From a virus (lineage: Duplodnaviria > Heunggongvirae > Uroviricota > Caudoviricetes): 33,423 nucleotides of DNA. The first letter of the stretch is position 1. The number at the start of each line of letters is the position of its first letter. The notes below the pieces were generated by a model that saw only the letters and a list, made by a program, of their open reading frames with translations, was not told the DNA's origin and did no database searches. Both the position numbers and the translations under genes were made by a program. Location: IMG/VR virus record IMGVR_UViG_2541047939_000004; one strand, given 5' to 3'. Below, piece by piece: positions 9,274-17,588 of the stretch.

Positions 9274-9546
9274 TCATCTCGCCGTCAGTTGTTTTGATTT
9301 CCGGTAGCCTGCCGCGTAAAGAGCTACGTTCGGAAGACAAGTTGAACCTTCATATTTTCTGGTCAACGTTGTCAGAGTTATCACTTCTGCTCTCATTGCT
9401 GGTTTGAGCTTGCATTGCAAGACCACTCGTGAAGGGGTTGGCCTGTGTAGCTTGTCGGAGCTGATCGCCTCCTGACTTTGCAGATTTGCGCGACGAGCTC
9501 TACGGCGAGAAGCTGCGGTGCCTTTAAATTCTGTTTTTCTGGACAT
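9274..9546 (-). CDS. N: N-like antiterminator (non-lambda specificity)
   Basis: ATG 9546 with SD GGGAGG; N-terminal arginine-rich motif KTEFKGTAASRRRARRA like phage 21/P22 N ARM; first gene downstream of pL/nutL. Confidence 0.65.
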   Translation of the reverse strand: MSRKTEFKGTAASRRRARRANLQSQEAISSDKLHRPTPSRVVLQCKLKPAMRAEVITLTTLTRKYEGSTCLPNVALYAAGYRKSKQLTAR

Positions 9547-9645
9547 GGATTCCTCCCGAATAAACTTTGGCGATGCAATCTCGAAGCTCCTCCTGAGACG
9601 GTTGCTTCGGCATTGCATCCCACAGCTTATGTGGTTGGGTGATCT

Positions 9646-9689
9646 GGCTTTTCAGCCACGTAGTCGAGAGTCGACGTTGTTTAAAGAGC
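9646..9689 (-). promoter_or_regulatory. nutL candidate (boxA plus two hairpins)
   Basis: Minus strand GCTCTTTAA (boxA-like), then hairpins TCGAC-TC-TCGAC... and GGCT-GAAA-AGCC; same architecture with covarying stems at nutR. Confidence 0.5.
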
Positions 9690-9729
9690 CTGCCAGTCTG
9701 TTCCATTTGGCTTCCAGCGTCCTGCTGAC

Positions 9730-9790
9730 GGTTAAATAGTACGATATGTACTTTACAAGATCAATACAATTTGTTGTAAGTTGGCGTGGT
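9730..9790 (-). promoter_or_regulatory. pL/OL region candidate
   Basis: 15-bp palindrome AGTACGATATGTACT (9738-9752) between -35-like TTGATC and -10-like TACTAT on the minus strand; AGTAC-containing sites recur in OR. Confidence 0.4.
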
Positions 9791-9950
9791 TTTTTATAAC
9801 GCTTTGTATTTAATAGTGTTGTTTTTTAGCGTGGATGTATTGCCTCGGCGATGTAAGGAGAGATCAGAATTGCGTGGTTTAGTGGGTTGCATCTATTTAT
9901 TTTTCAATAAATATAATTGGTTATGTGTTTTTAGGTGGGCGAACGTGAGG

Positions 9951-9977
9951 CAAAGAAAACCCGGCGCTGAGGCCGGG
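9951..9977 (-). terminator. Intrinsic terminator ending the cI-distal immunity operon
   Basis: CCCGGC-6 nt-GCCGGG hairpin (9960-9977) followed on the minus strand by TTTTCTTTG; 5 nt after the 9983 stop. Confidence 0.55.
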
Positions 9978-9982
9978 TTGTA

Positions 9983-10735
9983 TTATGCTGCAAGTCTCTT
10001 AACCCAAGTCTCTCTTTTGGAGAATGGTAGAACTTGGCTTGATTCATGGAAGAGTAAGGAGAGTTGTTGCATTTGATCACCAATTGCTTCGCTGTCTATA
10101 ACAACAAATCTGTTGTTATACTCCTCACTTGAAGCTTTAAGATCAATTAGTTTCCCAAGCAATGAGTAAGCACTATTCCAGCTTCCTCCGTGTTTCACGC
10201 TTGATGTAAAAACGTATTTAGGTATGTCGGTTTTTATTGTTACAGGGACGGTAATTTGATGTCCACTCAAGCCATATACGTTTTCACGAAGAGAAAGTGC
10301 GTCTCTAAGCTCTGTGTGATATAGATAATCAATAACCATACTTTCAAACTTTTCAGCTTGAACTGGCTGATACCAGTCTAACGACAAAGTTGATGCGAGT
10401 ATACCAGCTCTAATTATGTTCGATGTAATCGCACCGACATCCTTTTCTGTTGCCCAAGCAATGATTTCTCCTCGAGCATTGAGTTCTGCGCCTTCTTTAA
10501 GCAGTAATTGTCGTATCTCATCAAGTCGTTTTTTGGTAAGCGAGATCCCTCTTGCCTCCATATTCATTAAGGCATCGCATCTGTCACTAACTAAATACCT
10601 ACCATTGACTTCACGGATAAAGGCACCGACATGCTCTCCATCATCACAGTAAGTGAATGGACTGATAATTCTCAAGGTCTTGCCTATTGGATGGCATTCG
10701 AAACCTAGTTGTGAGATCACTGTTGAGCACATCAT
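9983..10735 (-). CDS. Uncharacterised protein, distal gene of rex-position cassette
   Basis: 250-aa ORF, ATG 10735 overlaps upstream stop (ATGA); no TM segment; no motif I recognise; AT-rich codon usage. Confidence 0.7.
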   Translation of the reverse strand: MMCSTVISQLGFECHPIGKTLRIISPFTYCDDGEHVGAFIREVNGRYLVSDRCDALMNMEARGISLTKKRLDEIRQLLLKEGAELNARGEIIAWATEKDVGAITSNIIRAGILASTLSLDWYQPVQAEKFESMVIDYLYHTELRDALSLRENVYGLSGHQITVPVTIKTDIPKYVFTSSVKHGGSWNSAYSLLGKLIDLKASSEEYNNRFVVIDSEAIGDQMQQLSLLFHESSQVLPFSKRETWVKRLAA

Positions 10736-11289
10736 ATTCCAAACCCCATTTGCCCCGACTCATCTTCAAGCGGTAAAGGTATTCTCCCAGAGTAAGTTAT
10801 GTTCAGATGTTTACAGAAGTAATTCCAATACCCTACCAGGTCATCTGGGTTTATGTCATCTTCGATTGGAAACGCTATTCTATCACTATAGTATCCAGCT
10901 TCTTCATAGTATACATGGTAGTGAGCACCGTAAATGATATCTTGGTACTTCGGATGATCGACCTTGTAACTATTCGTGTGTTTGTCAAAGTGATAGGTAT
11001 CTACCGCGAAAACCCTCTTGTTATGATAGAAAGCAATAATATTTATTTTAGGGTAAGAAATCGGGTCATCAGGTTCTGAATCCTGATCTGGTTTCCATTT
11101 CAGTTCAAACTTTAGCCCTTGTATAGGTATACAATCCTCATCCAAGGGGATGATATGGGCTTGTAGCCACATATCAGAGCGACTTGGTTTCTGTTTCCAT
11201 TTAACGCCAGAAAAGTTAACTATTTTTTTACAATAAAGTACTTTATCAACTTCTACTTGGCTTGGCTGATAATCATCTATTTTTGCCAA
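10732..11289 (-). CDS. Uncharacterised acidic His/Tyr-rich protein, proximal gene of rex-position cassette
   Basis: 185-aa ORF starting 39 nt downstream of cI stop with SD-like GGGCGG; acidic runs (DQDSEPDDP, EDDINPDD) and HYHVYYEE; no TM segment. Confidence 0.7.
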   Translation of the reverse strand: MAKIDDYQPSQVEVDKVLYCKKIVNFSGVKWKQKPSRSDMWLQAHIIPLDEDCIPIQGLKFELKWKPDQDSEPDDPISYPKINIIAFYHNKRVFAVDTYHFDKHTNSYKVDHPKYQDIIYGAHYHVYYEEAGYYSDRIAFPIEDDINPDDLVGYWNYFCKHLNITYSGRIPLPLEDESGQMGFGI

Positions 11290-11328
11290 TGTTTACCGCC
11301 CTGTAAATTGTAGATAAAAGTGGTTTCA

Positions 11329-11988
11329 TCACCCAAACGTCTCTTCAGGCCATTGGCTGGCGATAACTTTCCCCACAACGGAACAACTCTCATTGCATGG
11401 GATCATTGGGTATTGTGGGTTTAGTGGCTGTAGAAACACCTGACCGCTATCCCTGATCAGTTTCTTGAAGGTAAATTCATCACCACCAAGTCTGGCTATG
11501 CAGAAATCGCCGGGCTCAACAGCTTGCTCAGGGTCAACCAGAATTAACATCCCGTCAGGAAAGCTGGGTTTGGAACCTGTTGGTGCGGTCATTGAGTTAC
11601 CTTCAACCTCAAGCCAGAATGCAGAGTCACTGGCTTTTTTGGTTGTGCTTACCAATCTCTCCGTATCGCCTTTGGTAAAGGTTCTGAGTTCTGGAGAGAA
11701 CATCCCAGCCTGAACATGAGAAAAAACAGGGTACTCATATTGTTTTTTAACTGGGGCCGATGAGTATTCGCCAACAGGTGAAAATGTCCCGTCGTGGTTG
11801 AATGATATGTTATCAATACCAAGGTATTTAAACACCACACCAATATCACTAAGAGATGGATGACGAGATCCGCGCAACCAGTGTCCAATCCCACCCTGCG
11901 TCATACCTAGCTCTTCGGCTAACTTCTCTTGAGTTATGCCGAGCTCTTTCATTCTGGATCTAGCCAGTTCATACCATTTCATTTTCAT
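11329..11988 (-). CDS. cI: CI-type repressor (HTH plus S24 LexA-like autopeptidase), non-lambda immunity
   Basis: N-terminal HTH ([20 protein letters not shown]) and C-terminal S24 motifs (GNSM...K); divergent from cro across OR; start at ATG 11988 (or 11982). Confidence 0.85.
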   Translation of the reverse strand: MKMKWYELARSRMKELGITQEKLAEELGMTQGGIGHWLRGSRHPSLSDIGVVFKYLGIDNISFNHDGTFSPVGEYSSAPVKKQYEYPVFSHVQAGMFSPELRTFTKGDTERLVSTTKKASDSAFWLEVEGNSMTAPTGSKPSFPDGMLILVDPEQAVEPGDFCIARLGGDEFTFKKLIRDSGQVFLQPLNPQYPMIPCNESCSVVGKVIASQWPEETFG

Positions 11989-12099
11989 GTCCTTATTATT
12001 ACGCTCTGTACTGGAACCATCCATGCACAATGTGTATTTTTACTTGTATTCGCAAAGTACATATTGTATTTTTTTATTCGTGTTTACTATGGAGGGCAT
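11989..12099. promoter_or_regulatory. OR operator / pRM-pR divergent promoter region
   Basis: 111-bp cI-cro intergenic region with several imperfect AGTAC/GTACT-containing palindromes (e.g. AGTACATATTGTA) similar to the OL palindrome; exact hexamers not resolved. Confidence 0.55.
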
Positions 12100-12315
12100 A
12101 TGAGCAACCTACGAAAATATCGAGAGTCACTGAATATCTCTCAAACAACACTTGCTAAGGCAGTTGGATGCACACAGGGAGCTATCGGACATTGGGAATC
12201 TGGTCGTCGCTTCCCAGACCTTAAAACATGCCGTGCTCTTGTTGCGTGCCTAAACAAGTTAGGCGCAAAAGTCAGTCTTGATGACGTGTTCCCGCCGGAA
12301 CACAAAGCCGCTTAA
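12100..12315 (+). CDS. cro: Cro-like repressor
   Basis: Internal ATG 12100 with SD GGAGGG; 71 aa with HTH (ISQTTLAKAVGCTQGAIGHWESG); the track ORF is an upstream over-extension through OR. Confidence 0.8.
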   Translation: MSNLRKYRESLNISQTTLAKAVGCTQGAIGHWESGRRFPDLKTCRALVACLNKLGAKVSLDDVFPPEHKAA

Positions 12316-12325
12316 TAAGCGGATC

Positions 12326-12370
12326 CGCTCTTTGTAACAACGGACATTCGTCCTACGTCGCTGAAAAGCG
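12326..12370 (+). promoter_or_regulatory. nutR candidate (boxA plus two hairpins)
   Basis: CGCTCTTTG then GGAC-ATTC-GTCC and CGCT-GAAA-AGCG hairpins; aligns with nutL with compensatory stem changes. Confidence 0.5.
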
Positions 12371-12456
12371 AGTTCCAAGATATCTGACCAACTAAGGCCA
12401 TATGCGTTTCCACGCATACCTTTCAACTAACTATTCACTATTGGAAATCTTAAGAA

Positions 12457-12753
12457 ATGGAAAGAACAAGTTACAGCAAACTATCACAGCGTGACGTTGA
12501 TCGCGCAGAAACAGATTTACTTATCAATCTGTCAGCTATTACCCAGCGCGGTCTGGCAAAGATGATTGGCTGTCATGAATCGAAGATAAGCAGAACGGAC
12601 TGGAGATTTATTGCTTCGGTCTTGTGTGCTTTCGGAATGGCATCAGACATCAGTCCGATTAGCAGGGCTTTTAAGTATGCGCTTGATGGACTCACCAATA
12701 AAAAACGCCCGGCGGCAACCGAGCGTTCTGAACAAATCCAGATGGAATTCTGA
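12457..12753 (+). CDS. cII: CII transcriptional activator (mosaic)
   Basis: C-terminal ...LTNKKRPAATERSEQIQMEF identical to remembered lambda CII; N-terminal two-thirds divergent. Confidence 0.85.
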   Translation: MERTSYSKLSQRDVDRAETDLLINLSAITQRGLAKMIGCHESKISRTDWRFIASVLCAFGMASDISPISRAFKYALDGLTNKKRPAATERSEQIQMEF

Positions 12754-12773
12754 GGTCATTACTGGATCAATCC
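12697..12773 (-). ncRNA. oop: OOP antisense RNA
   Basis: Minus-strand sequence ...GATTGATCCAGTAATGACCTCAGAA...GCTCGGTTGCCGCCGGGCGTTTTTT closely matches remembered lambda OOP including its terminator hairpin; overlaps cII 3' end. Confidence 0.65.
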
Positions 12774-12785
12774 ACAGGAGTCATT

Positions 12786-13685
12786 ATGACAAATACAGCA
12801 AAAATACTCAACTTCTGCAGAGGTAACTTTGCCAAACAGGAGCGTAATGTGGCAGATCTCGATGATGGTTACGCCAGACTATCAAATATGCTGCTTGAGG
12901 CTTATTCAGGCGCAGATCTGACCAAGCGACAGTTTAAAGTGCTGCTTGCCATTCTGCGTAAAACCTATGGATGGAATAAACCAATGGACAGAATCACCGA
13001 TTCTCAACTTAGCGAGATTACAAAGTTACCCGTCAAACGGTGCAATGAAGCCAAGTTAGAACTCGTCAGAATGAATATTATCAAGCAGCAAGGCGGCATG
13101 TTTGGACCAAATAAAAACATCTCAGAATGGTGTATCCCTCAAAACGAGGGAAAATCCCCTAAAACGAGGGATAAAACATCCCTCAAATTGGGGGATTGCT
13201 ATCCCTCAAAACAGGGGGACACAAAAGACACTATTACAAAAGAAAAAAGAAAAGATTATTCGTCAGAGAATTCTGGCGAATCCTCTGACCAGCCAGAAAA
13301 CGACCTTTCTGTGGTGAAACCGGATGCTGCAATTCAGAGCGGCAGCAAGTGGGGGACAGCAGAAGACCTGACCGCCGCAGAATGGATGTTTGACATGGTG
13401 AAGACCATCGCGCCATCAGCCAGAAAACCGAATTTTGCAGGGTGGGCTAACGATATCCGCCTGATGCGTGAACGTGACGGACGTAACCATCGCGACATGT
13501 GTGTACTGTTCCGCTGGGCATGCCAGGACAACTTCTGGTCCGGTAACGTGCTGAGCCCGGCCAAACTCCGCGACAAGTGGACCCAGCTCGAAATCAACCG
13601 TAACAAGCAACAGGCAGGTGTGACAGCCTGCAAACCAAAACTCGACCTGACAAACACTGACTGGATTTACGGGGTGGATTTATGA
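12786..13685 (+). CDS. O: Replication initiator O
   Basis: 299 aa, near-identical to remembered lambda O. Confidence 0.95.
   Translation: MTNTAKILNFCRGNFAKQERNVADLDDGYARLSNMLLEAYSGADLTKRQFKVLLAILRKTYGWNKPMDRITDSQLSEITKLPVKRCNEAKLELVRMNIIKQQGGMFGPNKNISEWCIPQNEGKSPKTRDKTSLKLGDCYPSKQGDTKDTITKEKRKDYSSENSGESSDQPENDLSVVKPDAAIQSGSKWGTAEDLTAAEWMFDMVKTIAPSARKPNFAGWANDIRLMRERDGRNHRDMCVLFRWACQDNFWSGNVLSPAKLRDKWTQLEINRNKQQAGVTACKPKLDLTNTDWIYGVDL
13134..13220. repeat. ori-lambda iterons (4 copies) inside O, followed by AT-rich tract
   Basis: Four ~19-bp repeats ATCCCTCAAAACGAGGGA / TCCCCTAAAACGAGGGA / TCCCTCAAATTGGGGGA / TCCCTCAAAACAGGGGGA, then A-rich run 13221-13262. Confidence 0.85.
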
Positions 13686-14383
13686 AAAACATCGCCGCAC
13701 AGATGGTTAATTTTGACCGTGAGCAGATGCGTCGGATCGCCAACAACATGCCGGAACAGTACGACGAAAAGCCGCAGGTACAGCAGGTAGCGCAGATCAT
13801 CAACGGTGTGTTCAGCCAGTTACTGGCAACTTTCCCGGCGAGTCTGGCTAACCGTGACCAGAACGAACTGAACGAAATCCGCCGCCAGTGGGTTCTGGCT
13901 TTCCGGGAAAACGGGATCACCACAATGGAACAGGTTAACGCAGGAATGCGCGTAGCCCGTCGGCAGAATCGACCATTTCTGCCATCACCCGGGCAGTTTG
14001 TTGCATGGTGCCGGGAAGAAGCATCCGTTATCGCCGGACTGCCAAACGTCAGCGAGCTGGTTGATATGGTTTACGAGTATTGCCGGAAGCGAGGCCTGTA
14101 TCCGGATGCAGAGTCTTATCCGTGGAAATCGAACGCGCACTACTGGCTGGTTACCAACCTGTACCAGAACATGCGGGCCAATGCGCTGACTGACGCGGAA
14201 TTACGACGCAAGGCTGCCGATGAACTGACCTGTATGACAGCGCGAATTAACCGTGGTGAGACGATACCTGAACCAGTAAAACAACTTCCTGTCATGGGCG
14301 GCAGACCTCTAAATCGTGTTCAGGCGCTGGCGAAGATCGCAGAAATTAAAGCTAAGTTAGGACTGAAAGGAGCAAGTGTATGA
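13682..14383 (+). CDS. P: Replication protein P (DnaB loader)
   Basis: 233 aa, near-identical to remembered lambda P; ATGA overlap with O. Confidence 0.95.
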   Translation: MKNIAAQMVNFDREQMRRIANNMPEQYDEKPQVQQVAQIINGVFSQLLATFPASLANRDQNELNEIRRQWVLAFRENGITTMEQVNAGMRVARRQNRPFLPSPGQFVAWCREEASVIAGLPNVSELVDMVYEYCRKRGLYPDAESYPWKSNAHYWLVTNLYQNMRANALTDAELRRKAADELTCMTARINRGETIPEPVKQLPVMGGRPLNRVQALAKIAEIKAKLGLKGASV

Positions 14384-14670
14384 CGGGCAAAGAGGCAATT
14401 ATTCATTACCTGGGGACGCATAATAGCTTCTGTGCGCCGGACGTTGCCGCGCTAACAGGCGCAACAGTAACCAGCATAAATCAGGCCGCGGCTAAAATGG
14501 CACGGGCAGGTCTTCTGGTTATCGAAGGTAAGGTCTGGCGAACGGTGTATTACCGGTTTGCTACCAAGGAAGAACGGGAAGGAAAGATGAGCACGAACCT
14601 GATTTTTAAGGAGTGTCGCCAGAGTGCCACGATGAAACGGATATTGGCGGTATATGGAGTTAAAAGATGA
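14380..14670 (+). CDS. ren: Ren
   Basis: 96-aa ORF at the lambda ren position, overlapping P stop. Confidence 0.8.
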   Translation: MTGKEAIIHYLGTHNSFCAPDVAALTGATVTSINQAAAKMARAGLLVIEGKVWRTVYYRFATKEEREGKMSTNLIFKECRQSATMKRILAVYGVKR

Positions 14671-14743
14671 CCATCTACATCACTGAGCTAATAACAGGCC
14701 TGCAGGTAATCGCAGGCCTTTTTATTTGGGGGAGAGGGAAGTC

Positions 14744-15184
14744 ATGAAAAAACTAACCTTTGAAATTCGATCTCCGGCACATCAGCAAAACGCTATTCAC
14801 GCAGTACAGCAAATCCTTCCAGACCCAACCAAACCAATCGTAGTAACCATTCAGGAACGCAACCGCAGCTTAGACCAAAACAGGAAGCTATGGGCCTGCT
14901 TAGGTGACGTCTCTCGTCAGGTTGAATGGCATGGTCGCTGGCTGGATGCAGAAAGCTGGAAGTGTGTGTTTACCGCAGCATTAAAGCAGCAGGATGTTGT
15001 TCCTAACCTTGCCGGGAATGGCTTTGTGGTAATAGGCCAGTCAACCAGCAGGATGCGTGTAAGCGAATTTGCGGAGCTATTAGAGCTTATACAGGCATTC
15101 GGTACAGAGCGTGGCGTTAAGTGGTCAGACGAAGCGCGACTGGCTCTCGAATGGAAAGCGCGATGGGGAGATCGGGCTGCATGA
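14744..15184 (+). CDS. ninB: NinB (recombination protein)
   Basis: ATG 14744 after G-rich SD; MKKLTFEIRSPAHQQNAIHAVQQILPD... matches remembered lambda NinB. Confidence 0.9.
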   Translation: MKKLTFEIRSPAHQQNAIHAVQQILPDPTKPIVVTIQERNRSLDQNRKLWACLGDVSRQVEWHGRWLDAESWKCVFTAALKQQDVVPNLAGNGFVVIGQSTSRMRVSEFAELLELIQAFGTERGVKWSDEARLALEWKARWGDRAA

Positions 15185-15708
15185 CTATCAAATCAAATAC
15201 GCCAGCACACGACAAGGACTGCTGGCAAACGCCGCTTTGGCTTTTTGATGCACTGGATATTGAGTTTGGATTCTGGCTGGATTCGGCAGCGAGCGACAAA
15301 AATGCTCTGTGCGCTCACTGGCTAACTGAGGACGACGACGCGCTCAATTCTGAGTGGGTAAGCCACGGTGCAATCTGGAATAACCCACCGTACAGCAATA
15401 TCAGGCCGTGGGTGGAAAAAGCCGCTGAGCAGTGTATACAACAGCGACAGACGGTAGTGATGCTTGTGCCAGAGGATATGTCTGTCGGATGGTTCAGCAA
15501 GGCTCTGGAGAGTGTTGACGAAGTTCGTATTATCACTGATGGACGGATTAATTTTATCGAACCATCGACAGGGCTGGAGAAGAAGGGAAACAGCAAAGGC
15601 TCCATGCTGCTGATTTGGCGACCGTTCATCAGTCCTCGACGGATGTTTACTACCGTATCCAAAGCGGCATTGATGGCGATCGGGCAGGGCGTCAGGAGGG
15701 CTGCATGA
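15181..15708 (+). CDS. Phage Dam-like DNA N6-adenine methyltransferase
   Basis: ATG 15181 overlaps ninB stop (ATGA); NPPY motif (WNNPPYSN) and phage N6-A MTase-like sequence; occupies the lambda ninC/ninD position. Confidence 0.8.
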   Translation: MTIKSNTPAHDKDCWQTPLWLFDALDIEFGFWLDSAASDKNALCAHWLTEDDDALNSEWVSHGAIWNNPPYSNIRPWVEKAAEQCIQQRQTVVMLVPEDMSVGWFSKALESVDEVRIITDGRINFIEPSTGLEKKGNSKGSMLLIWRPFISPRRMFTTVSKAALMAIGQGVRRAA

Positions 15709-15881
15709 GACGACAGCGACGAAGCATCACCGACATAATCTGCGAAAACTGCAAATACCTTCCAACGAAACGCTCCAGAAATAAACGCAAGCTAATCCCA
15801 AAAGAATCTGACGTAAAAACCTTCAATTACACAGCCCACCTGTGGGATATCCGGTGGCTAAGATATCGTGCGAGGAAATGA
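15705..15881 (+). CDS. ninE: NinE
   Basis: ATG 15705 overlapping MTase stop; [29 protein letters not shown]... matches remembered lambda NinE. Confidence 0.7.
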   Translation: MRRQRRSITDIICENCKYLPTKRSRNKRKLIPKESDVKTFNYTAHLWDIRWLRYRARK

Positions 15882-16225
15882 CAATGGATTATTCACAGTT
15901 AAGTGATTTTGAAATTAACAGAATGGTAGGAGACATAATTTTTAAAGGCCTTTGGGCAAGTAAACCGGAAACATCAGGGAATAACACCAACAAATGGTAT
16001 TACGGAAATGCTGATACAACTTTTGAGCCATTAAATCATTTGCCTGACTACTGCAATGATCCGAGCGCTTCATGGCCGATTATTGAGAAATACAGGATTT
16101 CTATCTTAGACCAGTTAACTGAATGGTGTGTGGATGCAAAAGGCGTAAGCCCAATATTTGATACCAGACCTCTCCGCGCCGCCATGATTGTCTTTCTCCT
16201 GATGCAGGAGGCCAATAATGCTTAG
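15878..16225 (+). CDS. hypothetical nin-region protein
   Basis: ATG 15878 overlapping ninE stop (ATGA); 115 aa, hydrophobic C-terminus. Confidence 0.5.
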   Translation: MTMDYSQLSDFEINRMVGDIIFKGLWASKPETSGNNTNKWYYGNADTTFEPLNHLPDYCNDPSASWPIIEKYRISILDQLTEWCVDAKGVSPIFDTRPLRAAMIVFLLMQEANNA

Positions 16226-16412
16226 CCCATCTCAATCCCTTCAATACCTGAAAGAAAGCATAGAGCGGGCTTCAATGTGCACAGAGTGGATTCTATCTAG
16301 GTTTAGCGCATACAGAAGATTGCCGGTAAAGGGCATGCCAAGCAAGTCGATGCTGCATATGCAAAAGAATGCGCGCTGGAAGGTATGGCGAGAACACAGG
16401 TTATGTGGCTGA
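16218..16412 (+). CDS. NinF-like small protein (divergent)
   Basis: N-terminal [10 protein letters not shown] resembles lambda NinF, remainder diverges. Confidence 0.4.
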   Translation: MLSPSQSLQYLKESIERASMCTEWILSRFSAYRRLPVKGMPSKSMLHMQKNARWKVWREHRLCG

Positions 16413-16431
16413 AAGAGGGGGTTATTAAGGC

Positions 16432-16794
16432 GTGAATACCTACAGCATCACATTACCCTGGCCTCCGAGCAATAATCGCTATTACCGCCATAATCGCGGG
16501 CGCACGCACGTCAGCGCAGAGGGGCAGGCATACCGCGATAACGTCGCCCGAATCATTAAAAACGCAATGCTGGATATCGGCCTGGCTATGCCTGTGAAAA
16601 TCCGCATTGAGTGCCACATGCCGGATCGCCGTCGCCGTGACCTGGATAATCTGCAAAAAGCCGCTTTTGACGCACTCACTAAAGCAGGTTTCTGGCTGGA
16701 TGATGCTCAGGTCGTTGATTACCGCGTTGTGAAGATGCCTGTTACCAAAGGTGGGAGGCTGGAACTGACCATCACCGAAATGGGGAATGAATGA
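16432..16794 (+). CDS. rusA: Holliday junction resolvase RusA
   Basis: 120 aa [32 protein letters not shown]... matches remembered E. coli DLP12 RusA; GTG start with SD AGAGGGGG. Confidence 0.9.
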   Translation: MNTYSITLPWPPSNNRYYRHNRGRTHVSAEGQAYRDNVARIIKNAMLDIGLAMPVKIRIECHMPDRRRRDLDNLQKAAFDALTKAGFWLDDAQVVDYRVVKMPVTKGGRLELTITEMGNE

Positions 16795-16931
16795 TGTTTG
16801 AGTTTAATATGGCAGAACTTCTTCGCCACCGCTGGGGGCGTCTGCGCTTATATCGTTTCCTCGGTTCTGTTTTGACCGATTACCGAATACTGAAGAATTA
16901 CGCCAAAACCCTGACAGGAACAGGAGTATGA
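16791..16931 (+). CDS. ylcG: YlcG-like small protein
   Basis: Hand-translated 46 aa [46 protein letters not shown]; ATGA overlap with rusA; absent from the track (<60 aa). Confidence 0.45.
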   Translation: MMFEFNMAELLRHRWGRLRLYRFLGSVLTDYRILKNYAKTLTGTGV

Positions 16932-17016
16932 AGTCAGAGATAACAATCAACTAATACTGTTTTGTTGATTTTTGCTTGTAATTGGCGTTCTGGTCTGATT
17001 TTTGTGGAGTAAGTTG

Positions 17017-17400
17017 ATGCGTGATATTCAGATGGTTCTTGAGCGTTGGGGTGCGTGGGCGGCTAATAATCATGAAGATGTGACCTGGTCGTCCATTGCC
17101 GCCGGTTTTAAGGGATTAATTCCTTCAAAAGTAAAATCTCGCCCGCAATGTTGTGACGATGACGCGATGATCATTTGCGGGTGCATGGCCCGTCTGAAAA
17201 AGAACAACAGCGATTTACACGATTTATTAGTAGATTATTATGTATGTGGTATGACATTCATGTCACTGGCAAGTAAGCATTGCTGCTCGGATGGTTATAT
17301 CGGGAAAAGGTTACAGAAGGCTGAGGGCATAATTGAAGGGATGTTAATGGCATTAGATATCCGGTTAGATATGGATATCGTTGCTAATAATTCTAATTGA
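17017..17400 (+). CDS. Q: Late antiterminator Q (phage 82/DLP12 QuuD type)
   Basis: ATG 17017 after GGAG; [31 protein letters not shown]... matches remembered DLP12 QuuD. Confidence 0.85.
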   Translation: MRDIQMVLERWGAWAANNHEDVTWSSIAAGFKGLIPSKVKSRPQCCDDDAMIICGCMARLKKNNSDLHDLLVDYYVCGMTFMSLASKHCCSDGYIGKRLQKAEGIIEGMLMALDIRLDMDIVANNSN

Positions 17401-17432
17401 TATGCAATTGTTTACTAAAAGTTATTAAAAAT

Positions 17433-17450
17433 GGGGCGTGGAAACGCCCC
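17433..17450 (-). terminator. Intrinsic terminator downstream of nmpC (minus strand)
   Basis: GGGGCGT-GGAA-ACGCCCC hairpin followed on the minus strand by ATTTTTAATAACTTTT. Confidence 0.45.
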
Positions 17451-17538
17451 CAAAATAAAGGGTAATATATAACAGAAGGTTTATATAGTAAGAAGCAAGG
17501 TAGTGCTTCTAAAGGAAGTGGCTTGAGGGCTCCACTTA

Positions 17539-17580
17539 TATGTTGCGGAGGCAAAGCCTCCCGCAACATATCTTTTTCGT
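17539..17580 (+). terminator. Strong intrinsic terminator on plus strand (candidate tR' or end of early-right operon)
   Basis: 15-bp-stem hairpin ATATGTTGCGGAGGC-AAA-GCCTCCCGCAACATAT followed by CTTTTTCG. Confidence 0.5.
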
Positions 17581-17588
17581 AAGTCAGA

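Larger units (their letters stand above)
17430..17588 (-). ncRNA. Possible IpeX-like 3'UTR-derived sRNA of nmpC
   Basis: Call by position only: a ~160-nt structured region between the nmpC stop and the minus-strand terminator, matching where IpeX is described in DLP12. Confidence 0.3.

Noticed and set aside
9786-10076. 96-aa plus-strand ORF between pL and the rex-slot cassette
   Set aside because: Runs through the terminator hairpin and antisense into the 250-aa gene; low-complexity hydrophobic translation; more likely regulatory DNA with the GCGTGG repeats.
11929-12099. N-terminal extension of the cro ORF track entry (128 aa)
   Set aside because: The extension runs through the OR operator/promoter region and is hydrophobic junk; an internal ATG at 12100 has a strong SD and gives a typical 71-aa Cro.
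13134-13220. Possible CRISPR-like short repeats
   Set aside because: The repeats are the four ori-lambda iterons inside O; no regular spacers and no cas genes. The large repeat at 30633-33423 is a tandem gene duplication, not an array.
13102-13317. ORFs in alternative frames over the ori iterons inside O
   Set aside because: They arise from the repetitive iteron and A-rich ori sequence within the O reading frame.
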